DNA of 64,000 bases. Origin: Candidatus Heimdallarchaeota archaeon. Lineage in GTDB: Archaea > Asgardarchaeota > Heimdallarchaeia > Heimdallarchaeales > Heimdallarchaeaceae. Under the pieces are notes generated by a model. That model saw only the letters and a list, made by a program, of their open reading frames with translations. It was not told the DNA's origin and did no database searches. How positions within the stretch are numbered: the first letter of the stretch is position 1; every line of letters starts with the position of its first letter. Of the stretch, positions 50,584 to 60,618 are shown in pieces. The position numbers and the translations under genes were made by a program. The stretch covers positions 224,001-288,000 of the forward strand of contig JAUVXV010000002.1 of NCBI GenBank assembly GCA_030603365.1, in the 5' to 3' direction.

Positions 50584-50623
50584 ATCTTGAACAAATTAAA
50601 GTATGGAAATTATTGTTCAAGAT
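50584..50623 (-). terminator. Hairpin ATCTTGAACAA-N18-TTGTTCAAGAT just after a stop codon
   Basis: Perfect 11-bp inverted repeat directly downstream of the 50626 stop, between convergent genes. Confidence 0.45.
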
Positions 50624-50625
50624 TG

Positions 50626-51966
50626 CTAGTATTTCTTATCAGTTTGATATCTTGCTACTTTGAAGAGTTTTGATAGAAGCCATTCGAATGAGCCTTTGAA
50701 ATCAACCAAATTCCATAGAAATGCGATTAAGAACCAGAAAAGTACGAGGAACAAACCATACAATAAACAAGTCCAGATATAATCATTCCATCCGGGAATA
50801 GTTGCATTTAGAATCAGAGCAAAGAGTTCTGATATAGGTCTTTCTAGCAAGAAAAATGTTAGTGAGTTAGTACTAAATCTGAGAAATATTGTTGAAAACT
50901 TTTTCTTTTTTCTTTGTGATGGATTTTCCTTGTCTCCCCTTTTATTAAAGAAAAGTAAGAGCAGAAGAGTACCTACAACAATAAAGAATCCAATTTCAAA
51001 CATTACAATGATATAATCAAAGAAAATGTCATCAAGTAATCCTATAGATTCATAAAATGAGTCAGGTATGAGAAAAGCAATTACAGCACCAATGAGTAGT
51101 CCAAATCCTATCCACACTCGGTTTCGTATCTTCTTCTTAGTAGGTTGATTAGCTAGGAGTAATCCAAAATATGTGCCTATTAGTCCAAATCCAAGATACG
51201 GCAATAATGGAAAATAACTCCCTGCTATAATATCTATAAGAAAAGCTAAGAAATAGTTTCCACCTTCAATTGCATTGGTAAAATCATCATAGAGATAAAT
51301 TCTTAGAAATGAAATCAAAACTATCACTATTCCAATAACTAACACAGTGATTCTTTTCTTCTTTTGATGGATTTTTTGTTCATTTCTGAAAAATATTGTA
51401 AAAAATAATCCTATCAGAATCAGGTTCCATCCAAGCATTGCGAAAACTGAGCCCGATAGTATTTTCTCAGGAGCAACAGAATAGTATTGTCCTGTTCGCA
51501 TAACTCCTGCCAAGAATGAATGATTTATTTGTCCAGTTTCTATATCAAGTTGAAATGGACTAAGTAGATAGTTGTAAAAGAAATTTAAAATTAAGAAAAA
51601 GACACCAAGAAAAGTCCATCTTCTTCCGAATGCTCTCCAAGAAGGTCTTTTTACTTTATCTCTGAAATTACTCTCTAAACGTTTGAAACCCGAATAAGTA
51701 CTTACTACAGCTGATATTACTGCAAATAAGCCAGCCCAATTTAGGACCACATAAATTATCATGAAGAAGGGGTTAAGATTGTCTAAATCTAGTGATTGGA
51801 TTAAACCATAATTGTAAACGACACCATGGATGAAAACAATCAGTATAATACCTACTGCCCTAATGTAATCAAAGAAGAACCATCGTTGCGGTTTACTTGA
51901 TTCAGTGGAAGCAGTTTCGAGATCCAGAGATGTTGAATCATCAACATTAATTGTTACATCTGTCAT
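50626..51966 (-). CDS. Membrane acyltransferase-like protein (acyltransferase-3/HGSNAT-DUF1624-like)
   Basis: RWFFFDYIRAVGIILIVFIHG, YFPLLPYLGF, NSLTFF, GSFEWLL; about 10 TM segments. Confidence 0.7.
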   Translation of the reverse strand: MTDVTINVDDSTSLDLETASTESSKPQRWFFFDYIRAVGIILIVFIHGVVYNYGLIQSLDLDNLNPFFMIIYVVLNWAGLFAVISAVVSTYSGFKRLESNFRDKVKRPSWRAFGRRWTFLGVFFLILNFFYNYLLSPFQLDIETGQINHSFLAGVMRTGQYYSVAPEKILSGSVFAMLGWNLILIGLFFTIFFRNEQKIHQKKKRITVLVIGIVIVLISFLRIYLYDDFTNAIEGGNYFLAFLIDIIAGSYFPLLPYLGFGLIGTYFGLLLANQPTKKKIRNRVWIGFGLLIGAVIAFLIPDSFYESIGLLDDIFFDYIIVMFEIGFFIVVGTLLLLLFFNKRGDKENPSQRKKKKFSTIFLRFSTNSLTFFLLERPISELFALILNATIPGWNDYIWTCLLYGLFLVLFWFLIAFLWNLVDFKGSFEWLLSKLFKVARYQTDKKY

Positions 51967-52002
51967 CTAATCGTAAGCTTCTTTCTCAACTGTTTAAAAA
52001 CC

Positions 52003-53343
52003 TTACTTGAAGGTTCTCTTAATTCTTCGCAATTTAGTATCAAAGTCATGGCTAATTTTCGTATATGTAAAATCTAATTTGGGTATTATGCTATCGTGCC
52101 CTTTGAAAACTGAAGATATATTCTCTTGTATCGATCTTTCTATCGTCTGCACAATCTCTTCTTTCTCAGGGAGCTCTTCTAATTCAGGATTTAATTGAAG
52201 ATTTATGGTTAAACCTGTTGGAGAAGTCTGTATAGCATTGTACTCTTCAATGTAAGCTGATGAACTCACAATAGATCGTCGTACAAAATCTGGTAGAATA
52301 AATTGAAATTCGTCTTTTGATTCACTTCTACCGTAGATCACATCATCAGCTCTTCCGTGGACTTGCTGAATAACACGGAAATTTGATCCACATGGGCATG
52401 GATCAGGAGAAACTGTAATTAAATCATTTAACCGATATCTAATGATAGGAGTTCCATATTTAACGAAATCTGTCACAACAACATATCCAGGTTCACCCGC
52501 TTGTACGGGTTGATTGTCTCTATCTAGAACTTCCACAAAAACTGTGTCTTCATTAATATGCAAATTCCCAGATTTACATGGAAGAGCTATAAAACTTTCT
52601 GATGATTTGTAAGCTTCAACAACAGAACACTCAAAAATATTTTCAATTTCTTCTTTCACATTAAAGTCAAGTACTTCTCCATAAGACACCAATAGTAAAG
52701 GAAATAGTTTTAGTTTACCTCTTTGTTTTTCCTTTGCTAGAACCTGCAATACTGAAGGAGGTCCCGAAATAATGTTAGGATTTAAAGAATGCAAATTTTC
52801 TACAATTGCAGGTATTGTATCTAGGGGATTAACGTATGAAACCTTTATTTTCCTTCCATCACGACTGAATCCAGGAGAAAAAACTCGTAAAATAAAAGCT
52901 ATATGTATTCTTCTAGTTTTGGGGAAAGGAAATCTAAAGAAAACCAACAACTGCATAAGTAAAGCTTCAATTTTAGTAGCAAACTCTATCCCTCTATTTC
53001 CACTAGTACCAGTAGACATCCCAACTAAATACCCTTTGTAATATTGACTGAAGTCTCTAGTTTTTTCTTTTTCTAGACAATGTTCTATACATTCTTCTTT
53101 GGTCAAACCCATTGTATTTAAATCTGTAAAATTATCCATGAATAATTGTTTATTCATGAAAGGTAACCCTCTGTAATTGGTCAAATCATATCCAGTATAA
53201 AATGATGAATAGAATTTAGATTTCCTAACTGAGAATTTAAGCAGTTTCGCTATTTGTTTCTCTTGATGCCTCTGGATGTCTTCAGTGCTCCACTTTAGGA
53301 ACTTCCTCTTGACTCTCCAAAGAAAACTCAAAGGATTGTACAC
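52003..53343 (-). CDS. Adenylate-forming enzyme (F390 synthetase/phenylacetate-CoA ligase-related)
   Basis: GMSTGTSGNRG, YKSSE, LHINED, PIIRYRLND, CPCGS, GRADD. Confidence 0.88.
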   Translation of the reverse strand: MYNPLSFLWRVKRKFLKWSTEDIQRHQEKQIAKLLKFSVRKSKFYSSFYTGYDLTNYRGLPFMNKQLFMDNFTDLNTMGLTKEECIEHCLEKEKTRDFSQYYKGYLVGMSTGTSGNRGIEFATKIEALLMQLLVFFRFPFPKTRRIHIAFILRVFSPGFSRDGRKIKVSYVNPLDTIPAIVENLHSLNPNIISGPPSVLQVLAKEKQRGKLKLFPLLLVSYGEVLDFNVKEEIENIFECSVVEAYKSSESFIALPCKSGNLHINEDTVFVEVLDRDNQPVQAGEPGYVVVTDFVKYGTPIIRYRLNDLITVSPDPCPCGSNFRVIQQVHGRADDVIYGRSESKDEFQFILPDFVRRSIVSSSAYIEEYNAIQTSPTGLTINLQLNPELEELPEKEEIVQTIERSIQENISSVFKGHDSIIPKLDFTYTKISHDFDTKLRRIKRTFK

Positions 53344-53455
53344 AGCTAATGATTCATGCTTTGAGTTATATCATTTCCGTTTATGTTATCTTATGTGAAC
53401 AACCTAATTAGGATTTAGAGAAGAAACTAGCAGAATAATCTCTTAATTTGAGCTT

Positions 53456-54505
53456 TTATTCAAAAAACTCTTTAATTTGATGAAGTTCAATATTACAATT
53501 TTCTTTTACTAAATATCTGAGAAATAAGAAATAGTCACTTACAGATCTGAAGAAATTCTCAGTCTCTTCATTCTCACCTGTTATATTTGTATTGTTAATC
53601 ATACTGTATAATCTTATGAGATTAAATGTGCTACTCAATATCATAAAATAAGGTAAACCTTCAACTTTATTTTTGGAGATCTCCTCATAAACACCTACAA
53701 TCTGATTTGCTCTTTTCATTCTGTCTTCTGAAGATTGAGTCTTAGATGTATAACTCTCAGGAGTAGCTGTATAGGCTACATCCATCCTAAAATCACTAAT
53801 TCCTAACGCATTCCAATCTAGAATCTTGAAATCCTTATCGTCTGTAACAAGAATATTAAAAGAATGGTAGTCTCCATGAACAACTACTAGTTTCTCACAA
53901 GGGTAATTAATCTTATTTTTCTCCAACCATTCATGAACTGGAATAAGTTCCTTCAGTTCTTCAGGACAATTTTCAACATATATCTGACATATCTCTAATT
54001 TTCTATCAATTGGTGCAAAAGGATTTTCTTGTATATTAGGCAAAAGGATTTTTGGAAACAATTTGGGATCAAGAGTATGTATTTTGTACAATTCCTGCAT
54101 TAATTTACGAATAAGTTGTTCATATAGTTCTGGATATGCTTCTTTTACATCTACCAATCTAGGACCGTCCACTTTTTCCATAACAAAATAAGATCTATTC
54201 CTAGTGTTCGGAGTGAGTTTTATGAAATAAGGTTGAGGTACATTTATATTATTCTCGAATAGAATTTTGTGATTAGAATACTCAAGTTCAGTATCAGAAT
54301 TATCTACATAATCCGCAAATACTTTCTGTATGAATTTAATAGAAGGATTCTCAAAACATAATTCATAGATATGGTTACTAGTTCCTCCACCTATAATTTG
54401 ATTATAACTAATCAGTTGAGAATTAGCTGTTATTTCGCTGAAGTTAACTAACTCATCCTTTACTTCCAGTGCATCTTTAGTCATATGGATAGAGTCAGAA
54501 TTCAT
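53456..54505 (-). CDS. APH/phosphotransferase family protein
   Basis: GGTSNHIY, FVMEKVDG, VHGDYHSFNIL, ILDWN. Start is probably ATG 54505 or 54484 rather than 54610. Confidence 0.85.
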   Translation of the reverse strand: MNSDSIHMTKDALEVKDELVNFSEITANSQLISYNQIIGGGTSNHIYELCFENPSIKFIQKVFADYVDNSDTELEYSNHKILFENNINVPQPYFIKLTPNTRNRSYFVMEKVDGPRLVDVKEAYPELYEQLIRKLMQELYKIHTLDPKLFPKILLPNIQENPFAPIDRKLEICQIYVENCPEELKELIPVHEWLEKNKINYPCEKLVVVHGDYHSFNILVTDDKDFKILDWNALGISDFRMDVAYTATPESYTSKTQSSEDRMKRANQIVGVYEEISKNKVEGLPYFMILSSTFNLIRLYSMINNTNITGENEETENFFRSVSDYFLFLRYLVKENCNIELHQIKEFFE

Positions 54506-54656
54506 GGTCAATGAAGGGTTATAACATTTAATTAACTTTCTCTCAAAACCGAAGCATCTTCCAAGAAGCGTATTAATTCCAAATATTATTGCTCTGTTTC
54601 TAAGAAGCAAGATTTAATTAGAATTAGATAAATAATTTAATTAATAGTAAGATGAA

Positions 54657-55499
54657 GTGATCAAATTGTATATTGATTGTCATGCACACTTATTTTTCAG
54701 TCCAATTCCACCAGAAGCTATTGATGAAGATATCATAGGTGAAATACCTACTCCTACTAGAAAATTCATTGATAAAATGATCTTTAACGCAAAAGAAAAA
54801 GGTGTAAGCCATATTGTTGGAGTTATAAGCAATCCAAAAGATTTTCACAGTTATCAAAAACAATTGGAGCTTGAAGATATTATACACATAATTGGTATTT
54901 CACGAAATAACGCATCTGAAGACAATTCAAATGTGATTTCACTATTACAGAAAGAGATTGAAATAAAAATACCTCACGGAATAGGCGAGATTGGATTAGA
55001 TTATTCATACAGTTTTAAAAATTTGAATGATTTTGAGAAAAACACTCTCAAGAGAAAACAGCAAGAATTATTTCGAAAACAGATACAAATAGCGAAAGAT
55101 ATTGATGTACCAATTGTTGTTCATGCTGGGTATGGAGATGATAAAGACATTGTAGAAATTATAAAACAAGAAAAAGCTCAAGACATAGGTGGTCAAATCC
55201 ATGGGTATATGTCTAAAACGGAGGCAGTATCTGAACTACTTGATTTAGGCTTCTACTTTTCATTTGGATATTTACATATAATAGAAGAAGAATTTAAGAA
55301 GATTATTGAAATCACACCATTGGAACAAATACTTACTGAAACAGATTCACCCTATCATTTAATGGAATCTCCTAAGAAATTCATTCTTCCTAAAAATGTG
55401 GTTTTAGTGACTGATGAGGTTGCTATTATAAAGGAAGTTAAGACAGAAGTTTTTGCTAATCAGGTAATGAGAAACGCTAGAGGACTTTTTAGGTTCTAG
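54657..55499 (+). CDS. tatD: TatD family hydrolase/DNase
   Basis: DCHAHL, GIGEIGLDY, VVH, QIH, ETDSPY. Confidence 0.9.
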   Translation: MIKLYIDCHAHLFFSPIPPEAIDEDIIGEIPTPTRKFIDKMIFNAKEKGVSHIVGVISNPKDFHSYQKQLELEDIIHIIGISRNNASEDNSNVISLLQKEIEIKIPHGIGEIGLDYSYSFKNLNDFEKNTLKRKQQELFRKQIQIAKDIDVPIVVHAGYGDDKDIVEIIKQEKAQDIGGQIHGYMSKTEAVSELLDLGFYFSFGYLHIIEEEFKKIIEITPLEQILTETDSPYHLMESPKKFILPKNVVLVTDEVAIIKEVKTEVFANQVMRNARGLFRF

Positions 55500-55581
55500 A
55501 TCCAACATTTATGATTAAAAATTACTAGCTTTGAATTTCTTTCTCTCTGTTAACTTTTGAACTCTTTATTGCACCCTTCCA

Positions 55582-55630
55582 AGAAGGGTATTATTTCCAT
55601 ATTCATGAAATTAACTTCCCTAACGAGAAG
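55582..55630. repeat. Degenerate 49-bp direct repeat, copy 1
   Basis: 39/49 identical (manual, ungapped) to 59383-59431; core AATTAACTTCCCTAACRAGAAG. Confidence 0.75.
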
Positions 55631-55700
55631 AATAATATCCAAATTAGCTAAAAGTCTTTTTAGTTTTTTGGGATTTAGTCATTTTCCTGATAATTTATTT

Positions 55701-55728
55701 GTTTCATTTTTGTCCCGATTTATTCCCA
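55701..55728 (+). promoter_or_regulatory. 11-bp-phased hexamer repeats upstream of the membrane-bound regulator
   Basis: GTTTCA (55701), GTCCCG (55712), TTCCCA (55723). Confidence 0.5.
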
Positions 55729-55791
55729 AATGATTGTTCATATACATAGGAGTGATTATGTTATTGACGACAAATCAAAAGGAAAAGGCTT

Positions 55792-56826
55792 TTGAATATC
55801 AAAGTGAGAAAAATGCTATTGAAATACAATACTCAATATTCAAGTTTAGTTTTAATTGTACTTTCAATTCTATTTTTTAGTAGTTTTACAAATCAAATCA
55901 GTAGTTATAATGATCCATGTCAAAAACACAATAACCTCAATTCTATTGATACCTGTATAGTTAAATCACATCTTACACAAATCAATATCATAAGTGTTGA
56001 GGAGATTGAAGTTAGAGAAATATTAGAAATGGAAAACTCAGGTATAGCACCTCTTTCTTCCATTCATCTGTGGATAAATCATTCACTTAATTCCTTAGAG
56101 ATAGAGGATGCTTCTGGAGTACTATCTATTGATATTGTAATGGAAATTGAGAACTACTGTTTCTTGAAAATTTATCTTAGCAAAGAAGTTCAGTATCAAG
56201 AATTTGTAAAACTATATATTACATATAATCTGGATGAATTTCCTTTTGCTGAAGAATCGAATTCATATTATTTTGAATTTTATTCAACAATCACATATTT
56301 TACAGCGTTTCATTATTTCTCAATTAGACTTCCAGATGAATGTTATATCAGAGAGGAAGGCGATTTAACTTCTATTTTTCCAAGAAATGAATCGAAAAGT
56401 TTTATCGGAAAAAGACTCATAGTTTCATGGGTACTAATAGAACTTTCACCAACCTCAAACCCATTTTATTTCATAAGATTCGAAACACCAAGAAATCTTA
56501 CTTGGTTATATGTAATTGGACCTTTACTTGGTTTGATAGCTGGTATTGTGGGGACATTATGGTTCATGAGAGGAAGAGAAAAAACATCAATAAAAAGTAT
56601 GGGAACAGTTTTCCTAAATGAATCTCAAAAAATATTGCTAAAGATAACCTTTGAGAATGGTGGGAAAATTGCACAAAAAGACTTGTGTAAAAAATCAGGT
56701 TTTACAAGATCAAAGACTTCTAGAAACCTGATCGCATTAGATGAACAGGGTTTTGTTATTAAGGAGAAGTGGGGAAGAAATTCACTTATTAAATTAACAA
56801 AGGTAGGAGAAAAGGTGATAGAATGA
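55792..56826 (+). CDS. Membrane-tethered transcriptional regulator (ectodomain-TM-wHTH; COG2512-like)
   Basis: Signal/TM, beta-rich ectodomain, TM (VIGPLLGLIAGIVGTLWF), then LNESQKILL...GGKIAQKDL...SKTSRNL..L...GFVIKEKWGRNSLIKL. Confidence 0.85.
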   Translation: MNIKVRKMLLKYNTQYSSLVLIVLSILFFSSFTNQISSYNDPCQKHNNLNSIDTCIVKSHLTQINIISVEEIEVREILEMENSGIAPLSSIHLWINHSLNSLEIEDASGVLSIDIVMEIENYCFLKIYLSKEVQYQEFVKLYITYNLDEFPFAEESNSYYFEFYSTITYFTAFHYFSIRLPDECYIREEGDLTSIFPRNESKSFIGKRLIVSWVLIELSPTSNPFYFIRFETPRNLTWLYVIGPLLGLIAGIVGTLWFMRGREKTSIKSMGTVFLNESQKILLKITFENGGKIAQKDLCKKSGFTRSKTSRNLIALDEQGFVIKEKWGRNSLIKLTKVGEKVIE

Positions 56827-56840
56827 AAGCTACCGGATTT

Positions 56841-56880
56841 GTCTCAAAACACTCCCAAAATGAACCCATCCAATATCTCA
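56841..56880 (+). promoter_or_regulatory. 11-bp-phased hexamer repeats upstream of the first beta-helix gene
   Basis: GTCTCA (56841), CTCCCA (56852), AACCCA (56863), ATCTCA (56875). Confidence 0.5.
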
Positions 56881-56916
56881 ATAGTATAGAACACATAATA
56901 ATAGTCAGGTGAAAAA

Positions 56917-59307
56917 ATGAAACTTACATGGAAAATTCTAACAGGCATCTTGGTTGGAGCGATAATATTCACAGCAATTTTTGTACCATTGAATTATCTA
57001 GTTTGGGATAAACCTGAGAGTAATGGTTTTATTGATCATGATCCTATACTTATTTGGAGTGATGACGATTTTATAGAGTATTTCTTACCAGGCAATGGTT
57101 CAAAGGTAAATCCCTATAGAATAGAGTACTTGAATATAACAACCTCGGGGGTGTATTCAATTTATATCTCAAGTACAACAAAACATTTTACTATTGCAAA
57201 TTGCTTTCTAGTCAATAGCAATGAAAACGGTGTCAGCATCAGTATAGACAATATTGAAGAAGGAACCGCATTAATATTTAACAATACTATTAGTGCAAGA
57301 AATATTGGTCTGAATTTTCATTTTTCGGACAATAATCTAGTAACAAGCAATACATTTTCAAATTGCTTTTTGACCATGAACATATACGGATCAGATGGTA
57401 ACAGAATTTTTGAGAATATATTCCTTCAACCTATTACAGATGAATTACTCACATGGTCATGTAGAGTTTGGTTTAGTTCTCATACTAACTTCTCAAAGAA
57501 TACAATTATTCATAGTGATGATCTGTTTTTCTTGAGCTTCTCTGGAGCTCCTGAATCAGTGGTTGATAGCAATGTTCTGAACAATGTTTTTCTTATGCTG
57601 GATCATAGTGATAATTCAACAGTATCTAACAATGTAGGATATGAATGTAGACTGGATATTTATTCTTCTTTTAATTGCTTAATTGATGCGAATGAAGTCA
57701 GTACTTTATATTTATATGCTAGTTATAATTCAATAATTTCAAATAACTATTTGAACGAACTAGGCATAAGTTTCTTTACAATTGAATCCTATTATGACTA
57801 TACTTTTGAGAACAATTGGATCAACAATAAACAATTAGCTTTCTTCATTTATGACAATGATTCTTTTTTCAATGAAACTCTTGATAATTATGGACAGATT
57901 TACTTCTTAGCGTGTAATAATGTCACCATTAGTGCACCTAGTATTGACAATGAAATTCTACTACTTAATTTCATTCAATGTGAAAACATCACCATTGTTG
58001 AAAATAATCTGAAGCTTCATGTAACTCTTACGCATACAGAAAATGTTTTGATGCAACAGAATAGTAATTTAATGATTTTTGCTTACTATTCAGAAAATAT
58101 CACTATAATTGAAAATATGTCTTTTGATACATACTTTGGTTTCACTGAAGTTGATTATGTAACAATTGAAAATAACTTTCTATCTAATAGTTCTTTGAAT
58201 GTTAAGTATAGTAGATATTGTGAAATACTCAACAACACAATCACGGGAAAGGATGTATATTGTTATGATAATGATTATTTTCTAATCGAAAATAACAGTA
58301 TAGCTGATACAGAAAAAGGTATGGAGATTGAAGCTATAAGATACTCAAATATTACTAACAATGATTTAGACAACATCTTTGGTGAAGGAGTATTGTTAGG
58401 TCAATTTTATACCTTTTCATTTAGTAATAATACTCTAACTAATTGCCAACAGGGAGTTTTCTTACGAAGTAGTCACTCACTTTCAGCTTATGAAAATCTA
58501 GTTTTCGAGAACAATCATGTTAACGGAAAACCTATTGGATATTTCATGAATCTAAATGATACAACTTTTAATTCAAAGATTTACGCACAACTCATTTTTG
58601 TTAATTGCACTAATTTAACAATCGAAGATATAATACTCACAAATAGTTCAATATGTTTACAGATTGTGCATGGATATAACATCATTGTTAATAATGTCAC
58701 ATGTAGTAATTCTCTCTATGGAATTTATGCAGTTTATACCGATTATTTACAAATAATAAACTGTGAAAGTAACAATGTAATAATGTATGGTTTATTTGTT
58801 CTCCATTGTGACTTTAGCAATATAGTCGATACCATTCTCTATGATAATCAAGGTGGGGGGTTATATCTTCAGCAATCCGATTTCTCCAATGTGGAAAATA
58901 ATATTCTAACAGAGAATCCTAAAGGTCTAGTTATTTATGCTTCATTTAACTGTACAATTGACCTAAATCAGATTAGTAGTGGTTCTCAAGGAATAGGTCT
59001 CATTGCTAGTGACTTTTGTAACGTAAGCTATAATCTTGTAACGGATTGTGAACTTTGGGGGATCTATGTACATAGCAGTTCAGAATACAATAGAATTCAT
59101 CATAATTCTCTAATAAACAACAACTGGGGAAATATTCTGCCTGAATATACTTCTCAAGGATATGATGACGGAGAGTACAATTTATGGTTTGAAGAAACAA
59201 CTTTAGAGGGGAATTATTGGAATACCTGGTCAGGCTCTGGGGAATACGAGATTGATGGATTGGCGGATAACTCGGATCCTTATCCTTTAAGTTCAAATCC
59301 CCTTTAA
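56917..59307 (+). CDS. Right-handed parallel beta-helix (NosD-like) surface protein
   Basis: N-terminal anchor, LPGNGSKVNPYRIE, TTKHFTI, many I..N..N repeats, C-terminal GNYW...DPYPL. Confidence 0.88.
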   Translation: MKLTWKILTGILVGAIIFTAIFVPLNYLVWDKPESNGFIDHDPILIWSDDDFIEYFLPGNGSKVNPYRIEYLNITTSGVYSIYISSTTKHFTIANCFLVNSNENGVSISIDNIEEGTALIFNNTISARNIGLNFHFSDNNLVTSNTFSNCFLTMNIYGSDGNRIFENIFLQPITDELLTWSCRVWFSSHTNFSKNTIIHSDDLFFLSFSGAPESVVDSNVLNNVFLMLDHSDNSTVSNNVGYECRLDIYSSFNCLIDANEVSTLYLYASYNSIISNNYLNELGISFFTIESYYDYTFENNWINNKQLAFFIYDNDSFFNETLDNYGQIYFLACNNVTISAPSIDNEILLLNFIQCENITIVENNLKLHVTLTHTENVLMQQNSNLMIFAYYSENITIIENMSFDTYFGFTEVDYVTIENNFLSNSSLNVKYSRYCEILNNTITGKDVYCYDNDYFLIENNSIADTEKGMEIEAIRYSNITNNDLDNIFGEGVLLGQFYTFSFSNNTLTNCQQGVFLRSSHSLSAYENLVFENNHVNGKPIGYFMNLNDTTFNSKIYAQLIFVNCTNLTIEDIILTNSSICLQIVHGYNIIVNNVTCSNSLYGIYAVYTDYLQIINCESNNVIMYGLFVLHCDFSNIVDTILYDNQGGGLYLQQSDFSNVENNILTENPKGLVIYASFNCTIDLNQISSGSQGIGLIASDFCNVSYNLVTDCELWGIYVHSSSEYNRIHHNSLINNNWGNILPEYTSQGYDDGEYNLWFEETTLEGNYWNTWSGSGEYEIDGLADNSDPYPLSSNPL

Positions 59308-59382
59308 TCCTTCCTTTTTTTGTAATAAGTTAGTAAGATCTAGTTGTGATATTCTCACCGATTAAAATGGAGGGAGCTTATT

Positions 59383-59431
59383 AGAAGAGTATTAATTCTA
59401 CAAATCTGTAATTAACTTCCCTAACAAGAAG
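59383..59431. repeat. Degenerate 49-bp direct repeat, copy 2
   Basis: Matches 55582-55630. Confidence 0.75.
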
Positions 59432-59580
59432 GATGTTCATACAAGATGTCCGGAAGTATTAGTAATGTAGGGTGTTCTAATAAGATAGGCTATTCATTTT
59501 AACACAAAAGTTTCGTATTTAACCCGCAAAGTTTATTAAGGTCAATAAATATCAATATAATGATATATTGAAATATAGAT

Positions 59581-60618
59581 ATGATTACTATGGGAAAACT
59601 ATTCACTGCTCTGATAATAATATCAGCTCTTGTATTTAGTGGAGCAGTAGGCTTTTGTATATATTTTATTTCTGTTATGATGTATCCTTGTCCTTCTTGT
59701 ATAACGGTTGATAACGTAATTACAATTACTAAAGACAGGCATTTCAACAATTATGCTCTTCCTGGAAGTGGAACGCAAGAGGACCCTTTTTTAATTGCTA
59801 ATCGTACTCTTGGAACCCAAATTGGCATGGTAAAGAAGATGTACAAGGCTATAGAGATAAGAGGTACAACTAAGTTCTTTGTAATTAGGAACTGCACGGT
59901 TTATGGAGGAGACCCTGGAATCTATATTTCTTCAATAGCTGATAATACTTGCATTATCGAAAATTGTTCAATCATTGCAATCATACAAACATCATGGGAT
60001 CATCTTGTGCCTAGAGGGGGGATAAAGATTGAAAATTCCAATGGTATAATTTTACGAAACAATACACATATAGAAAATAATGAATATATGGATGTGCCAG
60101 AGTTGAGACACAAAGACTATGGTTTTATCCTAGAAAACTCAGAAAACTGTCTTTTGGAAAATAACCAAATATTCTGTGAGTTATTATTGATGAATTGTCA
60201 GAACACAATATTCCGAAAGAACAATCAAGTTAATGGATCTTTAGATATTTATCTTTCTTTGAACATAAGAATCTATAACAATACAATGACCAGTCTGGAA
60301 TATGAAGCACCAATAAGAATATTGAATAGTTCCATCATAAGAGTATACGAAAATAATTTGAACAGATCGTACTATTCGAACTATGCGGTTGTAATAAAAC
60401 ATTCGCAAGTAGTCTATATAGATAACAATACAATTTCGGTTTATAGTATAATTCTCTATGCAGAGTTTACGGACACATTATATATAATCAACAATACGAT
60501 TTTTAGAGGAAGTAATGTTTCCATACAATTTGAACTGATAAAATGTACGAATGTGGTTAATCTGGATAATACAATTAACGAACCTCTAATCTGCGATGTG
60601 AAAGAGAGATATTCATGA
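59581..60618 (+). CDS. Right-handed parallel beta-helix surface protein
   Basis: N-terminal anchor, LPGSGTQEDPFLI, TTKFFVIRNC, Asn-ladder repeats. Confidence 0.85.
   Translation: MITMGKLFTALIIISALVFSGAVGFCIYFISVMMYPCPSCITVDNVITITKDRHFNNYALPGSGTQEDPFLIANRTLGTQIGMVKKMYKAIEIRGTTKFFVIRNCTVYGGDPGIYISSIADNTCIIENCSIIAIIQTSWDHLVPRGGIKIENSNGIILRNNTHIENNEYMDVPELRHKDYGFILENSENCLLENNQIFCELLLMNCQNTIFRKNNQVNGSLDIYLSLNIRIYNNTMTSLEYEAPIRILNSSIIRVYENNLNRSYYSNYAVVIKHSQVVYIDNNTISVYSIILYAEFTDTLYIINNTIFRGSNVSIQFELIKCTNVVNLDNTINEPLICDVKERYS

Noticed and set aside
27369-55499. Integron-like cassette array (many small GNAT, APH, SDR and NTF2 genes)
   Set aside because: Mixed orientations, individual promoters, and no recurring attC-like repeat or integrase seen.
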